Notes: generated by a model from the sequence alone, not told the origin. A DNA stretch of 64,000 bases from Bacteroidota bacterium (GCA_947453415.1 CANGGG010000006.1:2129-66128); one strand, 5' to 3'. Counted from the first letter of the stretch, positions 10,649 through 21,085 are shown. Numbers and translations are program-made.

Positions 10649-11782
10649 ATGAAAATAGGAATTGTGTGTTATCCAACCTACGGTGGTAGCGGTGTAGTAG
10701 CTACCGAACTAGGAAAAGCATTAGCACAAAGAGGGCATCAAGTACACTTTATAGCCTATAAACAACCGGCTAGATTAGACTCATTTATGAGTAATATTTT
10801 TTACCATGAAGTAAATGTGAGTACTTATCCATTATTTGATTTTCCTCCATACGAAACTTCATTAGCAAGTACTTTAGTAGATGTAGTTAAATTTGAAAAA
10901 TTAGATATTCTTCATGTGCATTATGCTATTCCGCATGCATCGGCAGCTATTATGGCCAAATTAATATTGGCCACTGAAGGTATAAATATACCGGTAATAA
11001 CTACTCTACATGGAACTGATATTACTTTGGTTGGAAAAGATTCATCGTTTGAACCTGTGGTTACTTATTCCATTAATCAATCAGATGGCGTAACTTCAGT
11101 TTCCGATTCATTGAAACAAGATACTTACAGACATTTTAAAACAAAAAAACACATAGAAGTCATTCCAAATTTTATTGATGTATCACGTTTTCAAAAACAA
11201 GCAAAAGAACATTTTAAAAAAGCCATTGCACCGCAAAATGAAAAATTAATTGTTCATACTTCAAACTTTAGAAAAGTTAAAAGAGTGGAAGATGTGATAA
11301 AAATATTTGGTAAAATAAATGAGAAAATTCCTTCAAAACTACTTTTAGTTGGAGATGGACCAGAACGCCATCATGCAGAGATGCTTTGCCGTGAATTAAA
11401 TTTATGTGGAAGCACACTATTTTTGGGCAAACAAAATCCTGTGGAAGAAATTTTAAGTGTTTGCGATTTATTTTTGATGCCCAGTGAAACAGAAAGTTTT
11501 GGGCTATCTGCATTAGAAGCAATGGCTTGTCAAGTACCTGTAATTGCAAGTAACGCAGGTGGAATTCCTGAGTTAATACAAAACGGAATTTCTGGATTTA
11601 TGGCAGAGGTTGGTAATGTAGATGAAATGGCTGCAAAAGGAATTTATATTTTAGAAAATGAGGAACGATTACATCAATTCAAAGCAAATGCTTTGGCACG
11701 TGCCTTAGAATTTGATATCAATAATATAGTTCCAATTTACGAAAGTTTTTATTTGAAAATTTTAAGCGAGCAAACTAAATAA
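10649..11782 (+). CDS. bshA: N-acetyl-alpha-D-glucosaminyl L-malate synthase BshA
   Basis: MKIGIVCYPTYGGSGVVATELG, HVHYAIPHA, TTLHGTDITLVG, ESFGLSALEAM. Confidence 0.93.
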   Translation: MKIGIVCYPTYGGSGVVATELGKALAQRGHQVHFIAYKQPARLDSFMSNIFYHEVNVSTYPLFDFPPYETSLASTLVDVVKFEKLDILHVHYAIPHASAAIMAKLILATEGINIPVITTLHGTDITLVGKDSSFEPVVTYSINQSDGVTSVSDSLKQDTYRHFKTKKHIEVIPNFIDVSRFQKQAKEHFKKAIAPQNEKLIVHTSNFRKVKRVEDVIKIFGKINEKIPSKLLLVGDGPERHHAEMLCRELNLCGSTLFLGKQNPVEEILSVCDLFLMPSETESFGLSALEAMACQVPVIASNAGGIPELIQNGISGFMAEVGNVDEMAAKGIYILENEERLHQFKANALARALEFDINNIVPIYESFYLKILSEQTK

Positions 11783-11794
11783 AAAAACAATTCA

Positions 11795-12961
11795 ATGAAC
11801 TTACTCAAACAAAAAATTGGAATTTTAGGCGGTGGTCAACTTGGGCGAATGCTTATTGAAGAAGCACTTCGCTTAAATGTAAATGTTAATATTTTAGAAA
11901 ACTCAAAAGACTGTCCTTGCTATCATTTGGCGCATGAATTTATTGAAGGTTCATTGACTGATGAAGCTAAAATAATGGAATTGTCCGCTATAAGTGATGT
12001 GCTCACTTTTGAAATTGAGCATGTAAACACGGAGGCTTTAATAAAATTAGAAGATGAAGGAAAAACCATCATTCCATCGCCCAGGATGTTACAAATTATT
12101 CAGGATAAAGGTATACAAAAACAATATTATACCGAACATCATGTTCCAACTGCACCTTATTTTTTGGTAAATAATAAGAGCGATTGGAACGAAGCAATTA
12201 CAAAATTAGACACTGAAAAATTTGTTGCAAAAACCCGAAAAGATGGTTACGATGGCAGAGGAGTTACCATACTTAATAGTCAAGCAGTATTGGCCAACAA
12301 CTCCTTAATACCTTACGATGTTCCTTGTTTATTAGAAGCATTTATTCCTTGTGAAAAAGAAATTTCGATTATTGTAGCACAAGATATTTTTGGTACTACT
12401 GTTGCTTATGAAGCAGTAGAAATGGAGTTTGAGCCTGAGGCCAATCTGGTAACTTATTTATTTAGTCCGGCCGATATCAGCAAACAAATTGCTGAAAAAG
12501 CAAAGTTTGTTGCCATTCAAACTATCAATCAATTTAAAAGTCCGGGTGTGTTTGCTGTAGAAATGTTCATTACATTGAATGGCGATATTTTAGTGAATGA
12601 AATTGCTCCTCGTCCGCATAATTCTGGCCATCATACAATAGAAGCAAGTTATACATCTCAATACGAACAATTAACACGAATAGTTTTGGGACTACCTGTT
12701 GGCTGTGTTGGCTTAATTAAGCCTGCAGCAATGATTAATTTGTTAGGCGATAAAAGTTTTTCGGGTGCTTATGCCATTAAAAACTTAGATCAATTACACC
12801 AAATTGAAGGAACTTACTTACACTTATACGATAAAAAAGAAAGTAAGCCAATGCGAAAAATGGGGCATATTACAGTGCTTGCAAACTCCATAGATGAGGT
12901 AAAAGCTAAAGCAAATAAAGTAATGAATTTAGTAGGTTTTGAACCCATTAAAACTTTGTAA
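11795..12961 (+). CDS. purK: N5-carboxyaminoimidazole ribonucleotide synthase
   Basis: GILGGGQLGRM, GYDGRG, NEIAPRPHNSGH, RKMGHIT. Confidence 0.96.
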   Translation: MNLLKQKIGILGGGQLGRMLIEEALRLNVNVNILENSKDCPCYHLAHEFIEGSLTDEAKIMELSAISDVLTFEIEHVNTEALIKLEDEGKTIIPSPRMLQIIQDKGIQKQYYTEHHVPTAPYFLVNNKSDWNEAITKLDTEKFVAKTRKDGYDGRGVTILNSQAVLANNSLIPYDVPCLLEAFIPCEKEISIIVAQDIFGTTVAYEAVEMEFEPEANLVTYLFSPADISKQIAEKAKFVAIQTINQFKSPGVFAVEMFITLNGDILVNEIAPRPHNSGHHTIEASYTSQYEQLTRIVLGLPVGCVGLIKPAAMINLLGDKSFSGAYAIKNLDQLHQIEGTYLHLYDKKESKPMRKMGHITVLANSIDEVKAKANKVMNLVGFEPIKTL

Positions 12962-12967
12962 AACTAA

Positions 12968-13984
12968 CTACCAAGCATCATCTATTAACTCATCATCATG
13001 AATAGATTCGTTTGCATTCATTGCTTTTGATTCATGTTTATTCCTTGATTTTTTATTCAAAAACCAAATAAAAGTAACATTGGCATAAACTGAATTACTT
13101 CCGTTAAAACTAAAATCGTTTACAATTGAATTGTTATTTTCATTGGTAAAAAATACTTTTTGATTTCCAACAAATCCGGCTTGAAACAATATCATGTTGG
13201 TTTTATTTACCATCCTAACATCTCCCAGGAATTGGTAATTCCTTTGTCTAAGTATTAATGTAACATTTGTTGAATCAACACTTAACTTGTTTTGATAATG
13301 ATTGATTCCACCACTGGGTCTACAAGTAAAACCATAAAATATTTTTTGGACTTTAGTTTGTTTCTTCCAATTAATAACAAAAGGAAGTGTAACATTTAAC
13401 ATTGATTTTTCACTGGTCTTATACTTAAATCCAAGAATTGGCAAAAACAAAGGTTCGCCAAATAAATAGGTAAAAGTAAGGCCCGCTCTGTATGAAAACT
13501 TATTATTTACTTTTCTCATGTACATCATCATTCCTGAGTACCTATATGTGGCATCGGGTAAAGTATATTCGTCTTCGTTGGCAAATGCGTTAGCTGCAAA
13601 TAAAAACGTGTTTTTAGCTGAAGTATGAAAAAGTCCAGAAAGACCAATTTTTAAATTTACAAGAGTTCTATTTAAATTTTCATGACCAAAATTCACTTTA
13701 CCAATTTGAAGTGAAGGCAAAACATTGATTTGACTGTATTTTAAAACACCCTCTTTTTTTGTAAAGCTTGAATAAAGAGAATGTTTGTAGCCAATTAAAA
13801 ACTTGGTATTGCTGAAATTATATTTACTATCAGATATTGAATCGTTGAATTTTAACTTACTAATTGATTGTGAATTGAGCGAAAAAGTTAAATTATTACC
13901 TAAATAATTTTTTGACTGTGCATTGGCTTTACCAATTAAAAACAGCAAGAATGTAGCAAAAAAAAGCTGTTTGTTAAAACGCAA
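12968..13984 (-). CDS. Outer-membrane beta-barrel protein (DUF6268-like)
   Basis: Signal peptide ending ANA-Q; alternating beta-strands and PILG...W...P motif. TTG at 13984 preferred because the upstream extension to 14047 runs through the gcvH terminator. Confidence 0.6.
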   Translation of the reverse strand: MRFNKQLFFATFLLFLIGKANAQSKNYLGNNLTFSLNSQSISKLKFNDSISDSKYNFSNTKFLIGYKHSLYSSFTKKEGVLKYSQINVLPSLQIGKVNFGHENLNRTLVNLKIGLSGLFHTSAKNTFLFAANAFANEDEYTLPDATYRYSGMMMYMRKVNNKFSYRAGLTFTYLFGEPLFLPILGFKYKTSEKSMLNVTLPFVINWKKQTKVQKIFYGFTCRPSGGINHYQNKLSVDSTNVTLILRQRNYQFLGDVRMVNKTNMILFQAGFVGNQKVFFTNENNNSIVNDFSFNGSNSVYANVTFIWFLNKKSRNKHESKAMNANESIHDDELIDDAW

Positions 13985-14021
13985 AAATGCCTTATTGAAC
14001 CAATGGTTCAATAAGGCATTT
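13985..14021 (-). terminator. Hairpin terminator after gcvH
   Basis: Perfect inverted repeat AAATGCCTTATTGAACCA-A-TGGTTCAATAAGGCATTT, T-rich on the minus-strand 3' side. Confidence 0.75.
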
Positions 14022-14039
14022 GTTATTTTTTTTAAATGC

Positions 14040-14420
14040 TTAGGCATTAATTAATTGCTTGTATGCAGTTGCGTCCATAAGTTCCGAAATTTCAGCTTCA
14101 TTACTTATAGTACATTTTATCATCCAACCATTTCCATAACAATCATTATTCACGTTTTCAGGAGCTGCATCTAAATCTGCATTTAACTCTAAAACTTCAC
14201 CCGATAAAGGCATGAATAAATCAGAAACAGTTTTAACAGCTTCTACTGTACCAAAAACTTCGTCTTTAGCAATCGTTTTTCCTTTACTTGGAATATCTAC
14301 GTAAACAATATCGCCTAATTCATGTTGTGCAAAGTCAGTAATACCAATGTATGCTACATTGCCTTCAATGCTAACCCACTCGTGGTCTTTGGTGTATTTT
14401 AAGTTTTCTGGAAAGTTCAT
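14040..14420 (-). CDS. gcvH: Glycine cleavage system H protein
   Basis: [23 protein letters not shown], lipoyl motif [14 protein letters not shown]. Confidence 0.97.
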   Translation of the reverse strand: MNFPENLKYTKDHEWVSIEGNVAYIGITDFAQHELGDIVYVDIPSKGKTIAKDEVFGTVEAVKTVSDLFMPLSGEVLELNADLDAAPENVNNDCYGNGWMIKCTISNEAEISELMDATAYKQLINA

Positions 14421-14556
14421 TTTATTTTCTAAATTTATGGTTATTTTTATGGCAGCAATTTAAGATTTACAATCAATATACAAAATCAAATTTCTATTAA
14501 TTAATTGGCCAACAAAAATTATAAATTTTGCTTTATTGTTGCTAAAGCAATTACAC

Positions 14557-14877
14557 ATGAAAAAACAATATCAATCACTCAAAGAATTTTACCCTTTTTA
14601 TTTGAGCCAACACCAAAACAAAACAAGTAGAATGCTACATTTTATTGGAACCAGTTTATTTATTTTTATGTTCTTTGGCTCGTTTATATTTCATGAAGTT
14701 ACTATTTTATTGTTTTCACCAATTTTAGCATATGGATTTGCATGGATTGGTCATTTCTTTTTTGAAAAAAATAAACCTGCCACCTTTCAATATCCTTTGT
14801 ATAGTTTAGCTTCTGATTTTATTCTTTATTTTGAAATGTTATCGGGTAAGGAAAGTTTTGATGCAAAGCAAAATTAG
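14557..14877 (+). CDS. DUF962/Mpo1-like membrane protein
   Basis: FYPFYLSQH...R.LHFIG...GFAWIGHFFFEKNKPATF.YP; ATG at 14557 used. Confidence 0.85.
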   Translation: MKKQYQSLKEFYPFYLSQHQNKTSRMLHFIGTSLFIFMFFGSFIFHEVTILLFSPILAYGFAWIGHFFFEKNKPATFQYPLYSLASDFILYFEMLSGKESFDAKQN

Positions 14878-14976
14878 CTGTAAAGGATATTTTATTAAAA
14901 AAAACCTATTCGGATTTTGAATTTTTTAATTCGAATTTATACCAATTCCATTTTGTTTTCTCCGTTATTTGGTTTG

Positions 14977-16101
14977 TTATTCCATTGCTTTTAAGCAACT
15001 TTTCCAAAGTAATTCGGCCGTTTTATCCCAACTAAATTCTGCTTGTCTTTCTAATCCTTTTGCCATTAACGTTTGTTGTAATGCTACATCTTTACTCAAC
15101 AAAACCATTGCATAAGCAATGCTTTCGATGCTATTTGGATTAATTTGAACAGTGGCACCCTCCCCTATTTCTTTCATAGATGAAGTATTACTACAAATAA
15201 CAGGAACCCCACATTTCATGGCTTCAATAATTGGAATTCCAAAGCCCTCAAATAATGAAACATAACACAAGGCAAAAGCAGTAGCAGTTATTTTTGCTAA
15301 ATCTTCATTGCTTAAATAACCAGTAAATATCACATCGTTTTTATATTTCATTTGGTTAAAAACATTACTCACAGCATTAGTTTTCCATGCCATTCTTCCT
15401 GTAAGAACTAATTTAAAATTACTGTTAGTTTGGCTTTTAAATGAATCAAATGCTTGTAGTAAACTAGCAACATTTTTACGAGGATGAATAGAACCTACAT
15501 AAAGAAAATAATCAAATCCTGCGCTATATTTTTCTTTTATTTCATCTTTATCAGTTTTTGAAATTTGCTGAAACAAATTGTTAGCACCGTTATAAACTAC
15601 ATCTATTTTAGCGGGATTTATTTGGTATTTATCAAAGATATCATTTTTTGAAAACTGACTAACAGTAGCAATTCTATTCACTTTATTGGCAAATTTTGGT
15701 GAATTTTTTCGCATGTATTTCAAGTGCGATTTTTGAATTCCATCTTCAAAATGTTCAAATGCTAAATCGTGAATAACACATAACTGTTTAGTTTTTGTAG
15801 TTAAACAGGCAAAACCATCAGGACTTAAAAATAAATCGGGTTGGTGTTTTTTTAACCAAAAAGAAACAGAAATATTAAACCAAATATTCCAAAGAATTGG
15901 ATGCCTAGCAGGTGGTGGAATTACAACTGGAATTACATTTTTTGCATAAATATAACTTTGGTTAAAAGCACGGTCAAATAAAAAGTAGAATTGAACTTGT
16001 GGATTGTTAAATACCATTCGCTTTAAAGTTTCATTGGTAAAATGACCAAATCCTTCTAATTTGTTTTTTAACAAAAACCGAGTGTTTACAGCTATTTTCA
16101 A
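14977..16101 (-). CDS. Glycosyltransferase family 4 (GT-B)
   Basis: IHDLAF, VGSIHPRKN, EGFGIPIIEAM, FSWDKTA. Confidence 0.92.
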   Translation of the reverse strand: MKIAVNTRFLLKNKLEGFGHFTNETLKRMVFNNPQVQFYFLFDRAFNQSYIYAKNVIPVVIPPPARHPILWNIWFNISVSFWLKKHQPDLFLSPDGFACLTTKTKQLCVIHDLAFEHFEDGIQKSHLKYMRKNSPKFANKVNRIATVSQFSKNDIFDKYQINPAKIDVVYNGANNLFQQISKTDKDEIKEKYSAGFDYFLYVGSIHPRKNVASLLQAFDSFKSQTNSNFKLVLTGRMAWKTNAVSNVFNQMKYKNDVIFTGYLSNEDLAKITATAFALCYVSLFEGFGIPIIEAMKCGVPVICSNTSSMKEIGEGATVQINPNSIESIAYAMVLLSKDVALQQTLMAKGLERQAEFSWDKTAELLWKSCLKAME

Positions 16102-16260
16102 TTGTTGGTTTTTTCTATTATGGGCAAAAATGTATTATTTTTCGATGATAAAATAATTTGTGCAAATAAATTTTATTTTTTATGTGGTTTCAACTTTATT
16201 TAAACCACATGAAAAAGCCAACACTTTTCTAAAACATTTATCAGAAATTAGAAACATGAA

Positions 16261-16273
16261 TAGAATTATTCTA
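16261..16273. promoter_or_regulatory. Putative Fur/iron-box operator upstream of feoAB
   Basis: Palindrome TAGAAT-T-ATTCTA 12 nt upstream of the likely feoA start. Confidence 0.55.
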
Positions 16274-16285
16274 AATTGCAACCAA

Positions 16286-16513
16286 ATGATGAATCTTACA
16301 CAGTTGAATTTTGGGAAAAAAGCCATAATTACTAAAGTAAATGGGCAATTATTAGCGCTCAAACTTTTTGAAATGGGAATATTACCTGGTGAAACAGTGG
16401 CGCTTTCAAATGTAGCTCCTTTTGGCGATCCAATAGCCATTAATTTGAGTGAAAGTAAAGTTTGTTTGCGCATGCAAGATGCAAAATGTATAGAAATTAA
16501 ATTAATAGATTAA
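16286..16513 (+). CDS. feoA: Ferrous iron transport protein A
   Basis: KLFEMGILPG...APFGDPI...LR; directly upstream of feoB; ATG at 16286/16289 gives a normal ~75-aa length. Confidence 0.92.
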   Translation: MMNLTQLNFGKKAIITKVNGQLLALKLFEMGILPGETVALSNVAPFGDPIAINLSESKVCLRMQDAKCIEIKLID

Positions 16514-18631
16514 TTGGAACAAAAAGAAATAACAGTTGCGCTTGTTGGCAATCCAAATTGTGGTAAAACCAGTTTGTTTAATGCACTAACAGGTTTGAAC
16601 CATAAGGTTTCAAATTTTCCAGGCACAACCGTTGAAAAGAAAACTGGTTCGTTTAAATTAAGTAGTTCTAAAACTGCGCATATCATTGATTTGCCTGGTA
16701 CTTACAGCCTTTATCCTAAAAGTGCTGATGAGCTAGTTACCTACGATATTCTTAGAAATAAATCGGAAAACTACTATCCCGATTTAGTTATTTTTATTGC
16801 TGATGCCAGTAATTTAAAAAGAAATTTATTGCTTTTCACCCAAGTAGCCGATTTGGAAGTTCCTGTTATACTAGTACTGAATATGCTAGATGTAGCCGAA
16901 CGAAGAGGCATAAAATATGATATTGAAAAATTAAAAGAGAAACTTAAAGTTCCAATTATTTGCATCAATGCACGAAAAAAAGAAGGCATTGAAAAAATAA
17001 AAGCAATTTTATTGGATGAAAAAGCAAGGATTACTGCTCAGTTTTTTAGCCTACAAAAAGTAAATCCCAAATTGCTCGATGAAATTGCTACTATAAACGA
17101 TAAACGTAACAAATATTCAGCTTTACAATATTCAATCAACGCATCTAACTTACTAACAGAAAAAGCAATCAAACTGAATGAAATATTTAACAAATATGAA
17201 TTTGATTGCATTGGTTTTCAAGAAGACGAAGTTTTAACTCGTTATCAAATTATAGATGAAGCGGTAAAACATGCACGCATCAAAAATATTACACAATTAA
17301 AAGCTTCCATTACTGCCAAAGTTGATAAAATATTGACCCATCGCTATTATGGAATTTCTATTTTTTTAGTGCTACTTTTAATGGTTTTTCAAGCCATGTT
17401 CAGCTGGAGCGAATACCCAAAAGAATGGATTGAATATGGTTTAAAAGTATTTACCGATTATATTCAAAACACATTACCACCAGGCGTTTTAAACGATTTA
17501 ATTGTGCATGGAATTTTAGCAGGCTTAACCGGTGTATTAATTTTTTTACCTCAAATCATTTTACTGTTTTTATTCATTGCCATTTTAGAAGATGTGGGTT
17601 ACATGGCTCGTGTTGGTTTTATAATGGATAGAATTATGCGTCCGTTTGGGATGAATGGGAAATCAATTGTTCCATTAATAGGCGGAATGGCTTGCGCTGT
17701 TCCAAGTATCATGGCTTCGCGGAGCATTGAAAACAAAAAAGAACGTTTAATAACTATTTTGGTAACTCCGTTAATGAGTTGCTCTGCACGCTTACCCGTT
17801 TACACTTTGCTCATCAGTATGTTACTAAAAGACACTGCCAAATGGGGTCCCTTTAACGTGCATGGATTAATACTCATGCTCATGTATTTGATTGGTTTTT
17901 TTGCTGCCATTATGAGTGCTTGGATGTTTAAATTTTTTATCAAACAAAAAGAAAAAACATTCTTTATTTTAGAATTACCAGGCTATAAAATTCCCTTAAT
18001 TTCAAATTTGTTAATTACCATTTATGAAAAAGGAAGCGCTTTTGTATTTGGAGCAGGAAAAATAATTATTGCAGTTTCGGTTATTCTTTGGGTTTTAGCA
18101 TCTACTGGGCCGCACTCTAATATTCAAAACATAGAAACAAAATACACTGCCATTATAAATAACGACACCACTTCAGCAATAGCAAAAAAAGAATTGAGTT
18201 TACAAATGAATTCCCAAAAACTAGAAGCAAGTTATGCAGGTGAATTTGGTAAATTAATAGAACCCATCATCCGTCCTTTGGGCTTTGATTGGAAAATAGG
18301 AATTGCCTTGCTAACATCCATGGCAGCCCGTGAAGTTTTTGTTGGAACCATGAATACCATATACAGTGTAAACGATGATGGAGATAATAGTTTTGGACAT
18401 ATTAAAACCAAAATGATGGCCGAAATAAATCCACGTACAGGAAAGCCAAGTTATAATACTGCCACGTTCTTATCGCTGCTTATTTTTTATGCTTTTGCTT
18501 TGCAATGTATGAGCACAGTAGCCATTGTAAAAAAAGAAACAGATAGCATCAAATGGCCCATTATTCAGTTTATTTATTTAACTACTTTGGCTTACGGTAG
18601 TAGCTTTTTAGTTTATAATTTATTTAGTTAG
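16514..18631 (+). CDS. feoB: Ferrous iron transport protein B
   Basis: GNPNCGKTSLFN, NFPGTTVE, DLPGTYSL, NMLD GTPase motifs plus Gate domains (CSARLP, AAREV, QCMST); TTG start. Confidence 0.97.
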   Translation: MEQKEITVALVGNPNCGKTSLFNALTGLNHKVSNFPGTTVEKKTGSFKLSSSKTAHIIDLPGTYSLYPKSADELVTYDILRNKSENYYPDLVIFIADASNLKRNLLLFTQVADLEVPVILVLNMLDVAERRGIKYDIEKLKEKLKVPIICINARKKEGIEKIKAILLDEKARITAQFFSLQKVNPKLLDEIATINDKRNKYSALQYSINASNLLTEKAIKLNEIFNKYEFDCIGFQEDEVLTRYQIIDEAVKHARIKNITQLKASITAKVDKILTHRYYGISIFLVLLLMVFQAMFSWSEYPKEWIEYGLKVFTDYIQNTLPPGVLNDLIVHGILAGLTGVLIFLPQIILLFLFIAILEDVGYMARVGFIMDRIMRPFGMNGKSIVPLIGGMACAVPSIMASRSIENKKERLITILVTPLMSCSARLPVYTLLISMLLKDTAKWGPFNVHGLILMLMYLIGFFAAIMSAWMFKFFIKQKEKTFFILELPGYKIPLISNLLITIYEKGSAFVFGAGKIIIAVSVILWVLASTGPHSNIQNIETKYTAIINNDTTSAIAKKELSLQMNSQKLEASYAGEFGKLIEPIIRPLGFDWKIGIALLTSMAAREVFVGTMNTIYSVNDDGDNSFGHIKTKMMAEINPRTGKPSYNTATFLSLLIFYAFALQCMSTVAIVKKETDSIKWPIIQFIYLTTLAYGSSFLVYNLFS

Positions 18632-18657
18632 AAGGGCTGCTGGCAACTATATTAATT

Positions 18658-18813
18658 ATGAAAACAAAAGATTTAAATATAAAAGACGATGAACTTGATT
18701 CAAATAAAACTTTTGTTTTAGAAAATTTAAGTGAATCTGTAAATAAATTGAATTTGGTAAATGAAGGAAAACTAAAAACTCGAAACGCTGAAGAGCTATT
18801 TGATGAGTTATAA
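18658..18813 (+). CDS. Small protein resembling a RelE-associated antitoxin (orphan or remnant)
   Basis: 51-aa ORF missing from the ORF track: MKTKDLNIKDDELDSNKTFVLENLSESVNKLNLVNEGKLKTRNAEELFDEL; ends in the overlap ATGAGTTATAA. Confidence 0.55.
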   Translation: MKTKDLNIKDDELDSNKTFVLENLSESVNKLNLVNEGKLKTRNAEELFDEL

Positions 18814-18925
18814 AATAATGCCCTTGTTTAGCGAAGAGTCACCAACGAGAACTATATTGATATTTTTGTCATAACTAAAACTATTTGTTACTATTGCAAA
18901 CCTATTTTAGGATAAAAACCTAACT

Positions 18926-20494
18926 ATGAAAAAAACACTAGAATTAACTGGATTACCAGAAGAATTAGGCCATACCGAAGGCATCAAAAAATTCATCAGT
19001 AAATATCATGGCATTGCTGCCAATGAAATTTCGGACATGGTGTTTCAAAAAAAATCGATTGATGCACGCAAAAAACCAGTTAGAATTAACTTAACTGTTG
19101 ATGTTTTTATCAATGAAAATCCTGCAAAAGAAAACATTGAATTTGATTTTAAAAATGTAACCAATGCGCAAGAAGTTGCCATTATTGGTGCGGGTCCTGC
19201 GGGTTTATTTGCTGCTTTGCAATTAATAGAATTAGGTTTAAAACCTGTCATTTTTGAACGAGGAAAAAACGTTAAAGAACGCAGACGTGATTTAGCCAAT
19301 ATTACCAAAAACAATACGGTAAATCCTGAAAGCAATTACTGCTTTGGCGAAGGTGGCGCAGGAACCTATAGCGATGGTAAATTATATACACGTGCATCCA
19401 AGCGTGGCGATGTAAATCGAATTTTAAAACTATTGGTTTACCATGGTGCCGATGAAAGTATTTTATACGAAAGTCACCCACACATTGGTACTAATAAATT
19501 GCCACATATTATTGAAAAAATCAGGGAAACAATTACTAACTGCGGAGGCGAAATTCATTTTAACTCCAAACTCACCGACATAGAATTGGACGGTGATAAA
19601 ATAAAGTCAATTACTATCTCCAATAATGAAATCCAACATTCAAAATTCAACATCCAAAATCTAATTTTGGCAACGGGTCATTCCGCACGAGATATTTTTG
19701 AATTGTTGCACCGCAAGCAAATCATGATAGAAGCCAAACCATTTGCATTAGGCGTTCGGGTGGAACATCCACAAGCATTAATTGACAGCATTCAATATCG
19801 CTGTGGAACGCAAAGAAGCGAATATTTGCCAGCGGCAAGTTATAGCTTAGTGGAGCAAGTAAATGGCCGTGGAGTGTTTAGTTTTTGTATGTGTCCGGGT
19901 GGAATTATTGCACCTGCCATGACTGCTCCTGGCGAAATAGTGGTAAATGGTTGGAGTCCTTCTAAACGAAATAATCCTTTTGCCAATTCGGGCATGGTGG
20001 TTTCAATTAATGCCGAAGATTTTAAAGACTTTGAAAAATATGGACCATTGGCTGGCATGTATTTTCAAAAAATGGTGGAGCAAAATTGTTTTGAACAAGG
20101 CAATCAAACCTTGCAAGCACCTGCCCAACGCATGATAGATTTTGTGAATAATAAATCATCATCTACATTACCCAATAACTCTTATTTACCGGGAACGGTA
20201 AGTAGAAATTTAAATGAAATATTGCCCAATTATGTAGCAAAAAGTTTACAAGGAGCTATGAAAGCTTTTGGAAAAAAAATGAATGGTTATTATAGCAACG
20301 AAGCTATTTTATTAGCTACCGAAAGCCGCACTTCATCGCCAGTTCGCATACCAAGGAACAAAGAAACATTTGAGCACATTCAAATAAAAGGTTTGTATCC
20401 GTGTGCTGAAGGTGCGGGCTATGCAGGCGGAATAGTAAGTGCCGCCATGGATGGGGAAAATTGTGCCAAGGCAATTGGCATGTCTTTAGGATAA
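18926..20494 (+). CDS. NAD(P)/FAD-dependent oxidoreductase (uncharacterised FAD dehydrogenase family)
   Basis: IIGAGPAG, FGEGGAGTYSDGKL, PHIGT, FCMCPGG, GEGAGYAGGI-like motif. Confidence 0.9.
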   Translation: MKKTLELTGLPEELGHTEGIKKFISKYHGIAANEISDMVFQKKSIDARKKPVRINLTVDVFINENPAKENIEFDFKNVTNAQEVAIIGAGPAGLFAALQLIELGLKPVIFERGKNVKERRRDLANITKNNTVNPESNYCFGEGGAGTYSDGKLYTRASKRGDVNRILKLLVYHGADESILYESHPHIGTNKLPHIIEKIRETITNCGGEIHFNSKLTDIELDGDKIKSITISNNEIQHSKFNIQNLILATGHSARDIFELLHRKQIMIEAKPFALGVRVEHPQALIDSIQYRCGTQRSEYLPAASYSLVEQVNGRGVFSFCMCPGGIIAPAMTAPGEIVVNGWSPSKRNNPFANSGMVVSINAEDFKDFEKYGPLAGMYFQKMVEQNCFEQGNQTLQAPAQRMIDFVNNKSSSTLPNNSYLPGTVSRNLNEILPNYVAKSLQGAMKAFGKKMNGYYSNEAILLATESRTSSPVRIPRNKETFEHIQIKGLYPCAEGAGYAGGIVSAAMDGENCAKAIGMSLG

Positions 20495-20518
20495 TAATTT
20501 ACTGTAACATTTTTATGT

Positions 20519-20980
20519 TTGAATACGTTACACAAACTAAAATTATTAAAAATGAACATCATCAATTTACAACTATCAAAAAAAGCAGTTTTATCATTTG
20601 CTTGTATTTTTCTTTCATTTATTTCATTTGCACAAGTTTCCCAAAGTGATACATTATATGTAAAAAGCATGTATTTTTATCAAAATGGAAAGTTTATAAG
20701 CTTTGCAAAAGTTAAAAAAATGTGCGCGCAATTTCCAGAAACACAATCAAAAATAAAAACCATTAAAAAATTTCGATTGTATGCATATCCGCAAGCTGTA
20801 ATTACAGGATTGTCAGTTGGATTTGGACTGGGACAAATATTAAACAATAATGTAAACATTAACTCGGTAATGCTACTTAGCAGCGGTTTGGTTTGTCATA
20901 TAAACTTATATTTCCAACAGAAAATAAAACAAAATCAAATGAAAGAATTAGCAGAATTGTATAATCAACATTTGAATTAG
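20519..20980 (+). CDS. Hypothetical exported/membrane protein
   Basis: Signal peptide ending SFA-Q, two hydrophobic segments and C-terminal ..ELYN; true start may be downstream (MNIIN). Confidence 0.6.
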   Translation: MNTLHKLKLLKMNIINLQLSKKAVLSFACIFLSFISFAQVSQSDTLYVKSMYFYQNGKFISFAKVKKMCAQFPETQSKIKTIKKFRLYAYPQAVITGLSVGFGLGQILNNNVNINSVMLLSSGLVCHINLYFQQKIKQNQMKELAELYNQHLN

Positions 20981-21085
20981 TTTAAAAATTCAATATTTAA
21001 AATAAGTACTCAATTAATCAATTATTCAAATTCCACTTCTTTTTATTTATAATTGACCGTTGATTTTTCAATCAACAAATTATAA

